Assembly (NCBI GenBank): GCA_938003725.1
Contig: CALKXX010000093.1
Span: 1-47,278 of the forward strand
DNA from: an uncultured Sphingomonadaceae bacterium
GTDB lineage: Bacteria > Pseudomonadota > Alphaproteobacteria > Sphingomonadales > Sphingomonadaceae
Reading direction: 5' to 3'
DNA length: 47,278 nucleotides
Part shown: positions 9,635 through 19,147 of the stretch, piece by piece
Position numbering within the stretch: position 1 is the stretch's first letter
Layout: the number at the start of each line of letters is the position of its first letter
The notes under the pieces: generated by a model
The model's database searches: none
The model's input: only the letters and a program-made list of their open reading frames with translations
What the model was told of the DNA's origin: nothing
Position numbers and translations under genes: made by a program

Positions 9635-10357
9635 ATGACAGGGTTTAATAATGCGTTCGATAAAGCGTTTGATAAAATAGGGGCCGGAAAGCCTGGAAAG
9701 CTAAGTTTAAAGTTAAGTGTGCCTATCGTGCTATTGACCTTGTCAGCGTGCGCAACACCGTTTCGGGCCGATGTTCAACGCTTTGAGGCACTCCCCGATA
9801 CCACTGGCCAAAGCTTTGCCGTGGTGGCGGGCGATCCAGATTTGGCGGGCGGGCTGGAGTTTAGGCAATATGCTAACCTGGTCGAACAACGCATGAGCGC
9901 TTTGGGATATCAAATAGCCGACGACCCCGCCGCCGCTCAACTCATTGTCAGCTTTGACTATGATGTTGATAAAGGGCGGGAAAAAGTCGTGGGCGGTTAT
10001 GACCCCTTTTACTCCACTATTGGTTTTGGATCTTATTATGGAAGAGGGTTCGGACGCCGCGGCTTTTATGGCCGCCATCGCTATCGCTATGGTTTCCATG
10101 ATCCGTTCCTATTTGGCGGGGCAGGCTTCTCTGGATATGGCGGCGCGCGCAGCTTTACCGTTTATACCACCGAGCTCGATCTAAAGATCAATCGTCAGGC
10201 CGATGGTGAGCGTTTGTTTGAGGGTACGGCAGAGGCGATGTCGCGTTCAAAGAACCTAACGTATCTCGTGCCGAATCTTGTGGAAGCAATGTTTACGAAT
10301 TTCCCCGGAAATAGCGGCGAAAAAGTTCGGATATCGGTTGCGCCAGAAAAGAAGTAG
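9635..10357 (+). CDS. DUF4136-like lipoprotein
   Basis: Lipobox LSAC, a Gly/Tyr/Arg-rich middle loop and a C-terminal LFEGTAEA...LVEAMFTNFPG; AAGGA SD. Confidence 0.75.
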   Translation: MTGFNNAFDKAFDKIGAGKPGKLSLKLSVPIVLLTLSACATPFRADVQRFEALPDTTGQSFAVVAGDPDLAGGLEFRQYANLVEQRMSALGYQIADDPAAAQLIVSFDYDVDKGREKVVGGYDPFYSTIGFGSYYGRGFGRRGFYGRHRYRYGFHDPFLFGGAGFSGYGGARSFTVYTTELDLKINRQADGERLFEGTAEAMSRSKNLTYLVPNLVEAMFTNFPGNSGEKVRISVAPEKK

Positions 10358-10405
10358 CGCCGCAACAAAGTAAATTTGGATTTGCTCTGACGTCAGGTTG
10401 CGATC

Positions 10406-11848
10406 TCAGCTTTCCAGCTGGCGCAGCAGCATCCTGACGTCATTATCCATTTCGCTGTCTTCACCGCGCAGTTGCTCTACAAGTTTAACGGCATGGATCA
10501 CGGTGCTGTGATCCCGGCCACCAAATTTTCTGCCAATCTCCGGGTAACTGCGAGGAGTCATAACTTTCGCGAGATACATGGCAACCTGCCGGGGCCGAGC
10601 AACAGCCCGGGCACGTCGTTTTGACGACATCTCGTTTCTTTCCAAGCGATAATATTCACAGACCGTTCGCTGGATCTCATCAATCGTGATTCTTCGGCGG
10701 CAAGCACTCAATATATCCGACAATTGTTCCTCGGCCAGATCGCGTGTGATTTCGCGGCCGGTTAGTTGTGCGTAGGCGAGCAGTTTGTTCAAACCACCTT
10801 CGAGTTCGCGAAGATTCCGGCTGATCGTCCTTGCGAGAAATTCGACAACATCTTCTGAAACAGTCTGATGCGATATTTTTTTCAATCGGTGTTGCAATAT
10901 ATCACGTCGTAGCTCCAGGCCTGCAGATTGAATGTCTGCGACTAGTCCCATGGACAGGCGTGAGAGCAATCTTTGATCTACGCCATCAAGCGCTTGGGGA
11001 GCACGATCTGCTGCTACAACGACTCTTTTTCCCTGACTTATGAGGGAATCAACGGTGTGTAGAAATTCTTCCTGAGTTGAATTTTTACCGACAATGAACT
11101 GGACATCGTCAATCATAAGCAAGTCTGCTTCGCGCAGGGCCGCTTTGAATTCCATAATTTCATTGCTGCGCATTGCGGACACAAATTCAATCATAAAACG
11201 TTCTGCGGACATATAGATAATTCGCGCACCCGGAAACGCGGCGCGATAGGCATGTCCGATTGCATGCATTAAGTGCGTTTTGCCCTGACCAGTAGAGGAT
11301 TGGAGATATAATGGGCTGAACAGCGGTTTTTCTGCATCCGCCATTTTTTGCGCAGCATTCAGAGCCAATATATTGGAATGACCCGGAAGAAATTCTTCAA
11401 ATGTCATGCGGGGGTCAAGATCCAGTCGGAACTTGGCCGGCGGTGTTGATCCGCTATGCAACGCGTTATCCGCCGCGCTTGACCGCTTTACTTGCGCAAT
11501 ACGTGCGGCGCCCGCTTTTGCAGAAAACCGAAGTGTTGATACATCCGATATATGGGCTTTCCACGCCATGGTTAGCCGTTCCGTATAACGCTCACGGACC
11601 CAGTTTGCCGCAAACTCGGATGGGAGCACCAGATTCAATTCCCCTTTGGCGCTGTCAAACTGTTCCAATTTTATGGGTTTTATCCATTGTCCGAATATCT
11701 GAGCACCCAAATCGCGGCGTAGACCAGAGCATATCAACTGCCACGCATCATGCAATTCGGTTTGCAAACCCGTTGGTTGGTCTTGCTCTGAAAAACCAGT
11801 GACGTTGATCGACATATCTTTGTCACCGCTGTTAATTGTCTCTGCCAC
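10406..11848 (-). CDS. dnaA: chromosomal replication initiator DnaA
   Basis: Walker A STGQGKTHL, Walker B LLMIDDVQF, TQEEF, RELEG; domain IV RQVAMYL and GGRDHSTVIHA. GTG start after GGGGGA. Confidence 0.97.
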   Translation of the reverse strand: MAETINSGDKDMSINVTGFSEQDQPTGLQTELHDAWQLICSGLRRDLGAQIFGQWIKPIKLEQFDSAKGELNLVLPSEFAANWVRERYTERLTMAWKAHISDVSTLRFSAKAGAARIAQVKRSSAADNALHSGSTPPAKFRLDLDPRMTFEEFLPGHSNILALNAAQKMADAEKPLFSPLYLQSSTGQGKTHLMHAIGHAYRAAFPGARIIYMSAERFMIEFVSAMRSNEIMEFKAALREADLLMIDDVQFIVGKNSTQEEFLHTVDSLISQGKRVVVAADRAPQALDGVDQRLLSRLSMGLVADIQSAGLELRRDILQHRLKKISHQTVSEDVVEFLARTISRNLRELEGGLNKLLAYAQLTGREITRDLAEEQLSDILSACRRRITIDEIQRTVCEYYRLERNEMSSKRRARAVARPRQVAMYLAKVMTPRSYPEIGRKFGGRDHSTVIHAVKLVEQLRGEDSEMDNDVRMLLRQLES

Positions 11849-12099
11849 TTATATCCCCCGATACATCCTGCCTTGTTACACAAAGCCAAACCCCTACATA
11901 TTTTTGGCATGCCCGATTCCGACCGCGAAGTCGGAAGCCAGGCATTTTGAGAAAACAACAAGCTTACGAATCGCATATCCCCAGCCATGGAGATACGATT
12001 GGCACAGCTTTCCTGATATCGAAAACACGTTTTCGATGCCAAATCTGTTTTTCAATGAAGGTCAGGATTAACTATCCTCAACCACCAGCCGATAATCTT

Positions 12100-12128
12100 T
12101 ACTAAGCTGTCGAAACCGATTCTATCAA
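12100..12128 (-). promoter_or_regulatory. candidate dnaA promoter containing a GANTC (CcrM) site
   Basis: Minus strand TTGATA-N17-TTAGTA with GAATC directly after the -35 hexamer. Confidence 0.4.
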
Positions 12129-12176
12129 GGGCCGGATCACAAAAATAATGAAATAAAACTGTTGACAGCGCCAAGC

Positions 12177-12238
12177 TGTGGATTTTGCAAAATTTCTTTT
12201 TAACTATATGATATTACACGATAAATATCTGTGGATAG
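12177..12238. promoter_or_regulatory. two DnaA-box-like sites flanking an AT-rich tract
   Basis: TGTGGATTT (12177-12185, 2 mismatches to TGTGGATAA) and TGTGGATAG (12230-12238, 1 mismatch). Confidence 0.45.
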
Positions 12239-12411
12239 TTAGGCATAACGCGCGAATCGCGGAGCCAGCGTGGGTTTGAAAGCAGATCGCCAGCCGCGCG
12301 TGCGAATGAGGGTCGATTTGGACAAGAAATTTTACATTTAAGGCAAGAGGCCCAAAAGACGCTTGCCAAAGCTGCCCTGATTTGGCAATGGCCAGCCGCA
12401 CCAACTTTTGG

Positions 12412-12487
<76 letters not shown>

Positions 12488-12562
12488 TTATTCCAGTTTG
12501 ATATCATATCTCTGGTCTCGCACTACAAACGTGCGAAGCGCAGCAAAGCATGCCGTGCAGGA

Positions 12563-13162
12563 TCAACCTTCACTAAGCGTTTCTTCTAACAGCATGGCGG
12601 CGCGTGGGCCGTCCCAATCCATTGCTCCGACAACGCGCCAGACTTCCTTGCCGCCGGAATCATAGAGCACTGTTGTCGGCATCAATCCTGAACCGAAGCC
12701 GAAGCTCAGCCCATTGTCGGGATCAGTATAGGCTTCGAGCTTAGCAAATTTGGCTTTGTCAAAAAATGGGTCCACCTTTTCGGGTCCTTGGATATCCTGA
12801 GACACAACCAGAACTTGTAAGCGTTCTTCTTCTCTTGCCGCCAATTTATCTAACATCGGCATTTCCACTACGCACGGCGCGCACCATGTCGCCCAGATAT
12901 TCACCAATATCGGTTTCCCGGCAAAGTCAGAAAGACGGACGGTTTGCCCTGCGGCGTTTTGAAATGGCGTGTCCACCACGGATTCCCCGCGCTGCGAAAT
13001 ATCTAATTTGCCGACCAACCCACTTTCACTTTCAAATGTGTCGCCATCTTTAAAATCGCCAACATTCTTATCGATGCCAGCAATTTCTTGCCCCGTCTGG
13101 TCGGACGCTCTATCGCATGCCCCAAGCGTGCACAGCATGACGGCAAGAAGGAAGTATCTCAT
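12563..13162 (-). CDS. tlpA: TlpA family thiol:disulfide reductase (lipoprotein)
   Basis: [16 protein letters not shown] lipoprotein signal, [11 protein letters not shown] and MPTT. The longer ORF-track start overlaps argH and was trimmed. Confidence 0.88.
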   Translation of the reverse strand: MRYFLLAVMLCTLGACDRASDQTGQEIAGIDKNVGDFKDGDTFESESGLVGKLDISQRGESVVDTPFQNAAGQTVRLSDFAGKPILVNIWATWCAPCVVEMPMLDKLAAREEERLQVLVVSQDIQGPEKVDPFFDKAKFAKLEAYTDPDNGLSFGFGSGLMPTTVLYDSGGKEVWRVVGAMDWDGPRAAMLLEETLSEG

Positions 13163-13190
13163 CAGCGAGTCCACCAAAAACTCCAACGCG

Positions 13191-14561
13191 ATGTGGGGCG
13201 GCAGATTTGCCGACGGCCCTTCATCAATCATGCGCGAGATAAACGCCTCTATCCCATTCGACAAGAAGTTATGGCGACAGGATATTCGCGCGTCTCTGGC
13301 GCATGTTGCAATGCTCGCCGAACAACAGATTATTGATCGGGACGACGCCACGCAAATTATCAATGGTCTGAATCAGATCGCGCAGGAGTTTGAAGCCGGC
13401 GGCGTTACAGAAGATCTCGATCTTGAAGATATTCATATGCATGTCGAAGCCCGGTTAACTGAAATCGTTGGGCCGGTCGCAGGAAAGCTTCATACCGCGC
13501 GGTCCCGCAATGATCAGGTGGCAACGGATTTCAAATTGTGGGTACGCGATGCAGTAGATGTGGTCAGCGACGGATTGGCGGCACTTCAACAAGCACTATT
13601 GGGCCGGGCCGAAGCGCATGCGGACACGATCATGCCTGGATTCACCCATTTGCAAAGCGCACAACCGGTGACCCTTGGGCATCATTTGATGGCCTATTTT
13701 GAAATGTTTGACCGTGATAGGTCCCGTTTTGCCGATGCCAGGGTGCGGATGAATTACTCGCCGCTTGGAGCCGCTGCGCTGGCCGGGACCGGTTTCGCAA
13801 TTGATCGCGTACAGACGTCGCAAATGCTGGATTTTGAAGCCCCAACAGCCAATTCACTCGATTCGGTATCGGACCGTGATTTTGCCTTGGACTATTTGAT
13901 GGCTGCGACACAATGCAGCCTGCACCTCTCTCGCCTTGCTGAAGAATTTATTATCTGGGCCAGCCAGCCTTTCGGTTTCATCGATTTGCCAGATAGATTC
14001 TCAACCGGCTCATCGATCATGCCGCAAAAACGCAATCCGGATGCAGCGGAACTTGTTCGTGGTCATTCGGGGCGGATTGCCGGTTGCCTCAACGCCCTTA
14101 TCATAACGATGAAGGGGCTTCCGCTCGCCTATTCAAAGGATATGCAGGACGATAAACCGCCCGTGTTTGACGCACATGATCTTTTGGGTTTGTCACTTGC
14201 TGCGATGACGGGAATGATTGAGGATGTGAAGTTTAATCCCGACCGCATGCGCACATTGGCGGAGTCGGGCTTCTCAACTGCGACAGATTTCGCTGACTGG
14301 TTGGTCCGTGAAGCAAAATTGCCATTTCGCGAAGCGCATCACATCACTGGTGCGGTTGTTCAGCTCGCCGAAAAGCAGGGATGTACATTGTCGGAATTGA
14401 CGCTGGAACAATATCAATCGATCGATTCGCGCATAACAAAGGGCGTGTTTGATGTGCTCAGCGTCGATGCTTCGGTTGCCAGCCGGTCGAGCTACGGGGG
14501 CACGGCGCCGGAACAAGTAAGAGCGCAAATTGCGAAAGCGCGAAATAGCTTGGAGGATTGA
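13191..14561 (+). CDS. argH: argininosuccinate lyase
   Basis: [40 protein letters not shown] and PFREAHH. Confidence 0.97.
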   Translation: MWGGRFADGPSSIMREINASIPFDKKLWRQDIRASLAHVAMLAEQQIIDRDDATQIINGLNQIAQEFEAGGVTEDLDLEDIHMHVEARLTEIVGPVAGKLHTARSRNDQVATDFKLWVRDAVDVVSDGLAALQQALLGRAEAHADTIMPGFTHLQSAQPVTLGHHLMAYFEMFDRDRSRFADARVRMNYSPLGAAALAGTGFAIDRVQTSQMLDFEAPTANSLDSVSDRDFALDYLMAATQCSLHLSRLAEEFIIWASQPFGFIDLPDRFSTGSSIMPQKRNPDAAELVRGHSGRIAGCLNALIITMKGLPLAYSKDMQDDKPPVFDAHDLLGLSLAAMTGMIEDVKFNPDRMRTLAESGFSTATDFADWLVREAKLPFREAHHITGAVVQLAEKQGCTLSELTLEQYQSIDSRITKGVFDVLSVDASVASRSSYGGTAPEQVRAQIAKARNSLED

Positions 14562-14562
14562 C

Positions 14563-14814
14563 GTGAAAAAATTTATTTCATCCGGATTGCTGATCGCATC
14601 AATTGTAGCATTGTCTGCCTGTGGCAATCGCGGCCTGCTCGAACCTCCAAAGGGCAAGACGCTGCCCCCTGCGGTTTATGGAGAGCCCAAGCCGCCAACC
14701 GGCGAAGAATTGCTTGTGCCATCGACTCAGGCGCAGCCCGAGCGCAGTGACGAATTGCTTCGTCGATCAGAAAAGCGTCAGGATGATAAATTTGACCTAC
14801 CGCCTCCCGGTTAA
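14563..14814 (+). CDS. small outer-membrane lipoprotein, LppL/LptM(YifL)-like
   Basis: GTG start after GGAGG; lipobox LSAC followed by GNRGLLEPP, resembling the CGxKGPL motif; sits between argH and lysA. Confidence 0.7.
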   Translation: MKKFISSGLLIASIVALSACGNRGLLEPPKGKTLPPAVYGEPKPPTGEELLVPSTQAQPERSDELLRRSEKRQDDKFDLPPPG

Positions 14815-14843
14815 TCTCTACCCCTTAACTGAAAGCAAAACCT

Positions 14844-16103
14844 GTGGACCATTTTCAACTTAAAGAAGGCGTCGTTCACGCCGAAGATATGCCCCTATCA
14901 CGTATCGCCGAAGAAGTTGGAACACCGGTTTATATCTATTCCCGCGCCACGCTGGAGCGGCATGCGCGGGTGTTTCGTGAAGGTCTCTGTGCTGCAGGAA
15001 AAGTGCATCTTGCATTTGCCGTAAAGGCAAATCCAAACCTTGCGGTTCTGAGAATCTTGGCCAATCAGGGATATGGAGCCGACGTGGTATCGGGCGGAGA
15101 GCTTGAACGGGCGTTGGCGGCAGGGATGAAGGCAAGCGATATCGTTTTTTCCGGCGTGGGCAAGAGCCGCGCGGAGCTTACACTTGGTCTCGACAAGGGT
15201 ATCGGCCAATTCAATTTGGAATCCGAGGAAGAAGGCGAGATGCTCGCCCAGATCGCAGCTGATAGAGGAGAGGCCGCGCCGGCCACTTTGCGGGTCAATC
15301 CAGATGTCGATGCCGGCACACATGCAAAAATTTCAACCGGAAAAGCAGAGAATAAATTTGGTGTTGCCATTGACGGTGCGCCAGATATTTACGCCCGATT
15401 GGCAAAACTGGACGGCTTGAACTTGCGCGGTGTGGCGGTGCATATCGGAAGTCAGTTGCAAAGCTTGGATCCGCTTGAACGTTGTTATTTCCGGATTGGA
15501 CAATTGGTCACGGATTTGCGCAAAGCTGGGCATGCCGTCACTCATGTAGACCTTGGCGGCGGATTAGGGGTGCCTTACAAGCCCGAAGAGAACCCGCCTA
15601 GCCCGATGGACTATGGCGCAATGGTTGCAAGGGTTACCAAGGAATGGGGAGTGACCCTGATGTTCGAACCTGGCCGCGTCATTGCGGGAAATAGCGGTGT
15701 GATGATGACGCAGGTTATTCGCGTCAAGCCAGGCGTGCATAGCGATTTCGTCGTCGTCGATGCCGCCATGAACGACCTTATGAGGCCGGCCATATATGAT
15801 GCCTGGCACCATTTTGAAGCAGTGGAACCGAACGGAGAAAAGATGACGGCGAGCATTGTCGGCCCGATTTGTGAGAGCAGCGACATCTTTGCACGAGAAC
15901 GTGAAGTCGATCAGGTCAAAACTGACGATCTCGGGATTTTTCGAACAGCCGGCGCATATGGCGCGACCATGGCAAATACTTATAATAGCAGACCGCTAGT
16001 GCCAGAGGTTTTGGTGGATGGCGATAAATATGCGGTCGTCGCAGAACGGATAGAGCCAGCGACGATAATGGCTGCGGAGCATGTACCGGACTGGTTGAAG
16101 TAG
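14844..16103 (+). CDS. lysA: diaminopimelate decarboxylase
   Basis: FAVKAN (PLP lysine), HAKISTG..ENKFG, HIGSQ, DLGGG, EPGR and GPICESSD. Confidence 0.96.
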   Translation: MDHFQLKEGVVHAEDMPLSRIAEEVGTPVYIYSRATLERHARVFREGLCAAGKVHLAFAVKANPNLAVLRILANQGYGADVVSGGELERALAAGMKASDIVFSGVGKSRAELTLGLDKGIGQFNLESEEEGEMLAQIAADRGEAAPATLRVNPDVDAGTHAKISTGKAENKFGVAIDGAPDIYARLAKLDGLNLRGVAVHIGSQLQSLDPLERCYFRIGQLVTDLRKAGHAVTHVDLGGGLGVPYKPEENPPSPMDYGAMVARVTKEWGVTLMFEPGRVIAGNSGVMMTQVIRVKPGVHSDFVVVDAAMNDLMRPAIYDAWHHFEAVEPNGEKMTASIVGPICESSDIFAREREVDQVKTDDLGIFRTAGAYGATMANTYNSRPLVPEVLVDGDKYAVVAERIEPATIMAAEHVPDWLK

Positions 16104-16110
16104 AAACGCA

Positions 16111-16887
16111 ATGAACCAGTTTCCGATCTTCATAAATCTGAACGGGCGCAGGGTGATTTTGTTGGGCGTTGGCGAAATGGCCGATGCAAAGCGGCGACTC
16201 TACGAACGCGCTGGTGCCGAAATCACCGATGATTTGGAAACGCCCGATGCTGCCTTAGCCGTGATAGCGGTTGAAGATGATGACGAAGCCGCCGCTTTGA
16301 CCAAGAAACTGAAAGCGCGAGGGTTGCTGGTAAATGTGGTTGATCGTCCCGAGTTATGTGACTTTACGACGCCTGCGATCGTTGATCGTGATCCGGTATT
16401 GATTGCTATCGGTACGGGGGGCGCTTCGGCCGGCCTTGCAAAGGCGCTGCGCCAACGTTTGGAGCGGTTGCTTCCAGCCACTGTCGGAAAGCTTGCCGAT
16501 GCGCTGTTCGCTGCACGTGGGGATATTAAGCGACAATGGCCGGACGGATCGGCGCGCCGCAAGGCGATAGACTGTGCGCTTGATCCGGGCGGTCCACTTG
16601 ACCCTTTTAGCAATGATGCTGATGCAAATGTTGCGCAATGGTTAAAAAAGCCTGCACCGGGTGCCGCCGATAAAGTGGTGGACTTATACTTGGCGAGCAG
16701 GGAACCCGATCATCTGACAATAGAGCAAGCCAGATTGCTGGGACAGGCGGACTATATTTACGCTGAAGCCCAGATACCAGAGCAGATCATGAATCGTGCC
16801 CGTGCGGACGCCTTACGCTTTGATTTGTCAGAATTTGACGAGGGCCGGGCCGCGGGATTGACGCTATTGATAAGGATGCGCGTATGA
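16111..16887 (+). CDS. precorrin-2 dehydrogenase/sirohydrochlorin ferrochelatase (CysG N-terminal type)
   Basis: FPIFINL, NVVDRPELCDFTTPAIVDR and IGTGGASAGLA; only a vestigial methyltransferase segment follows. Confidence 0.82.
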   Translation: MNQFPIFINLNGRRVILLGVGEMADAKRRLYERAGAEITDDLETPDAALAVIAVEDDDEAAALTKKLKARGLLVNVVDRPELCDFTTPAIVDRDPVLIAIGTGGASAGLAKALRQRLERLLPATVGKLADALFAARGDIKRQWPDGSARRKAIDCALDPGGPLDPFSNDADANVAQWLKKPAPGAADKVVDLYLASREPDHLTIEQARLLGQADYIYAEAQIPEQIMNRARADALRFDLSEFDEGRAAGLTLLIRMRV

Positions 16888-17390
16888 CGCCTGTTATTCC
16901 CGATATCATCGGCACAGATGTCGTCACCGTGCTCCAAACCGCGATGGCGCCCGCTTTTCTTTTGGTGGGCATTGGGGCGATGTTGAACATTTTTACCGGT
17001 CGGTTGGCCCGTATTATTGACCGTTCCCGGTTGTTACAGCAACGCTTCAACGAAACCAAAGGCCGCGAACATGAATTGATCGTCAACGAATTACACGATC
17101 TGCAATTACGCATCAGGATTGTGAATAGTGCGATCTATCTCAGCGTCGTCGGGGCCATCGTTACGTTCATACTCATTGGCCTTTTGTTCACCATGGGCCT
17201 AACCGGAAACAGATCTCTCGATCAGGTTGTTGCCGGTGCGTTCATTGTCACGGTGATATTGCTGTCGGTTGCGTTGATTCAGTTCCTTCGCGAAGTACGC
17301 ATCGGAATTCGCGACTTCATGATCCGTGAAGAATATTTGGAGCGCGCGGATATTCCAAAAGGAAAACCGCTGATCAAGCCGGGAAAATAG
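16884..17390 (+). CDS. DUF2721-like membrane protein
   Basis: APAFLLVGIGAMLNIFTGRLARIIDRSR and FLREV patterns; three hydrophobic segments. Confidence 0.75.
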   Translation: MTPVIPDIIGTDVVTVLQTAMAPAFLLVGIGAMLNIFTGRLARIIDRSRLLQQRFNETKGREHELIVNELHDLQLRIRIVNSAIYLSVVGAIVTFILIGLLFTMGLTGNRSLDQVVAGAFIVTVILLSVALIQFLREVRIGIRDFMIREEYLERADIPKGKPLIKPGK

Positions 17391-17421
17391 GTCAACCAGA
17401 AATGAAAACTAGGGGGAAATG

Positions 17422-17455
17422 AAAAGAGGCTGCCGGTTTTGCACCGACAGCCTCT
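17422..17455 (-). terminator. intrinsic terminator of the small minus-strand transcript
   Basis: Minus strand AGAGGCTGTCGGT-GCAAA-ACCGGCAGCCTCT-TTT; the one non-Watson-Crick pair is G-U only on the minus strand. Confidence 0.75.
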
Positions 17456-17502
17456 AAGCATGAGTCAGCGGATGGAAGTGCCGCTGCCGGGTAACCTGAT
17501 CG

Positions 17503-17562
17503 TTAGATCAGCAATGTCCCCCGAACGGAATTTTCCGACCCTATTACTGAAACATGAGACAT
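17503..17562 (-). CDS. candidate 19-aa small protein MSHVSVIGSENSVRGTLLI
   Basis: ATG preceded by GAAAGGAGGTGATCC, a full anti-SD complement; has its own promoter candidate and terminator. Too short for the ORF track. Confidence 0.5.
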   Translation of the reverse strand: MSHVSVIGSENSVRGTLLI

Positions 17563-17723
17563 CGGATCACCTCCTTTCGCTTGATTGTAAGATACGAACT
17601 GTTGCATTGTATGTACTCCGCTGTTCGACAGGTTCAATGTGAATCAAACAGCGATGTGGTACAAGGCTTGAAAAATATTATTTTGCTGTCACACTAACGC
17701 GTCGCGGTTTTCAGAGCGCTGCT

Positions 17724-18269
17724 CTAGCTACGACAATCCTCTACCACACGCGTAAATTCCGGCCAGATTGGTATGGCTATCGACATCAGCCCGGACGTTT
17801 GAACAGCAAACCGGCCGCGGCTAAAGGCGATCCGGTCGAGTATATATTCGTCAGGTGCTAGCGAGATTGCAGCATAAGGCGCATCGCTTCCGCTGCTGCG
17901 TGCCGGGAAATTTTTTAAGCCCGAACTTGCTCGCAATGTCATATTTCCACCCCTGGCCACGTTGCCGGCGCGAGAGAGGAATATCTTGTTTTGATTCCGG
18001 TCACAGCGGACCAGAAATGTCGCGTCGCCATTGGGAGGTCCAAAAAGCGCGATCGAACCTCTTTCATCTGTACGGTAAACCCAGTCACCCTTTGCCAAAG
18101 GCCAGTCAATCCAGTCGCCAGTAGGTTGAAGGATCGGCGCAGGAGGTGGCGCGGGAGTCACGACCTCTGGTGGCTGTGGTTTCGGTGCGGGTGCAGGTTC
18201 CCGCGTAGAACAGGAGGCAAGCAATGCCAGCGACAACAGGCTGGTCGGTAAGATGTAAGTGATTCTCAT
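17724..18269 (-). CDS. hypothetical lipoprotein
   Basis: Lipobox LASC, Pro-rich linker and a globular domain with two Cys. Confidence 0.78.
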   Translation of the reverse strand: MRITYILPTSLLSLALLASCSTREPAPAPKPQPPEVVTPAPPPAPILQPTGDWIDWPLAKGDWVYRTDERGSIALFGPPNGDATFLVRCDRNQNKIFLSRAGNVARGGNMTLRASSGLKNFPARSSGSDAPYAAISLAPDEYILDRIAFSRGRFAVQTSGLMSIAIPIWPEFTRVVEDCRS

Positions 18270-18319
18270 TGCGATGGAATATGGTCAAATCTGGCGCGCT
18301 AGGCTAGTCCTGATTTACA

Positions 18320-19087
18320 ATGTCCCATTCCGACAAAAAATTCGGCAATCGCGTTAAGATACGCGTCGATCAACTGTTGGTCGATCTTGGTCTGGCCGAA
18401 AGCAAGACCAAAGCGCAAGCCTATGTCATGGCCGGATTGGTTTCAGCCAATGGTCGCAAACTGGAAAAGCCGGGGCAACAGGTCGCGGCTGATCTAAAAA
18501 TCGAACTGAAGGGCAAGGATCATCCGTGGGTCAGTCGCGGCGGATTGAAGCTGGATCATGGCCTGAAGCATTTCAATCTGAATGTGTCGGGAATGACCGC
18601 GATTGACGTGGGCAGCAGCACGGGGGGATTTACCGATGTGCTTTTGCACAATGGTGCGACCAAGGTTTTCGCGGTGGATAGCGGGACCAACCAATTGGCC
18701 TGGAAACTCAGACAGGATGACCGGGTGGTTGTTCACGAACAAACCAGCGCGCGGATATTAACGGACCTGCACATAACGGAAACTGTGGATGTGGTCGTTT
18801 GCGATGCCAGTTTCATATCTTTGACAAAGGTGTTGGAACGGCCCCTGAAATTTGCTGGTCGGCATGCGTGGTTGATCGCACTGATAAAACCGCAATTTGA
18901 AGCGGAGCGAGGGCAGGTTGGCAAGGGCGGCGTGGTCCGCGATGCTTCGGTTCATAGAATCGTGTGTGATAAAGTTGAAAAGTGGCTCTATGAGATCGGT
19001 TGGGAGGTGATGGGTATTACGGAAAGTCCGATCACCGGGCCGAAAGGAAATGTTGAGTTTCTGATAGCTGCACAAAATGATGGATAA
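18320..19087 (+). CDS. tlyA: TlyA family RNA methyltransferase
   Basis: S4 domain RVDQLLV, VSRGGLKL, DVGSSTGGFTD, DASFISL, LIKPQFE and SPITGPKGNVEF. Confidence 0.93.
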   Translation: MSHSDKKFGNRVKIRVDQLLVDLGLAESKTKAQAYVMAGLVSANGRKLEKPGQQVAADLKIELKGKDHPWVSRGGLKLDHGLKHFNLNVSGMTAIDVGSSTGGFTDVLLHNGATKVFAVDSGTNQLAWKLRQDDRVVVHEQTSARILTDLHITETVDVVVCDASFISLTKVLERPLKFAGRHAWLIALIKPQFEAERGQVGKGGVVRDASVHRIVCDKVEKWLYEIGWEVMGITESPITGPKGNVEFLIAAQNDG

Positions 19088-19147
19088 CTGGCCACAGATC
19101 CGTGATCCCTCTTGTTATCCGTCAGCTATCTTCTTAGGTGCTCGGCT

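Noticed and set aside
11734-12105. ORFs in the dnaA leader as leader peptides
   Set aside because: No SD or recognisable composition; they occur in several frames and strands, as expected by chance.
12969-13363. Long overlap of the argH and tlpA ORFs in the track
   Set aside because: Artefact of longest-ORF calling; family N-termini place the starts near 13191 and 13162.
17564-17578. Fragment of a 16S rRNA gene
   Set aside because: Only 15 nt match the 16S tail and the flanks are not rRNA-like; it is better read as an extended SD on the minus strand.
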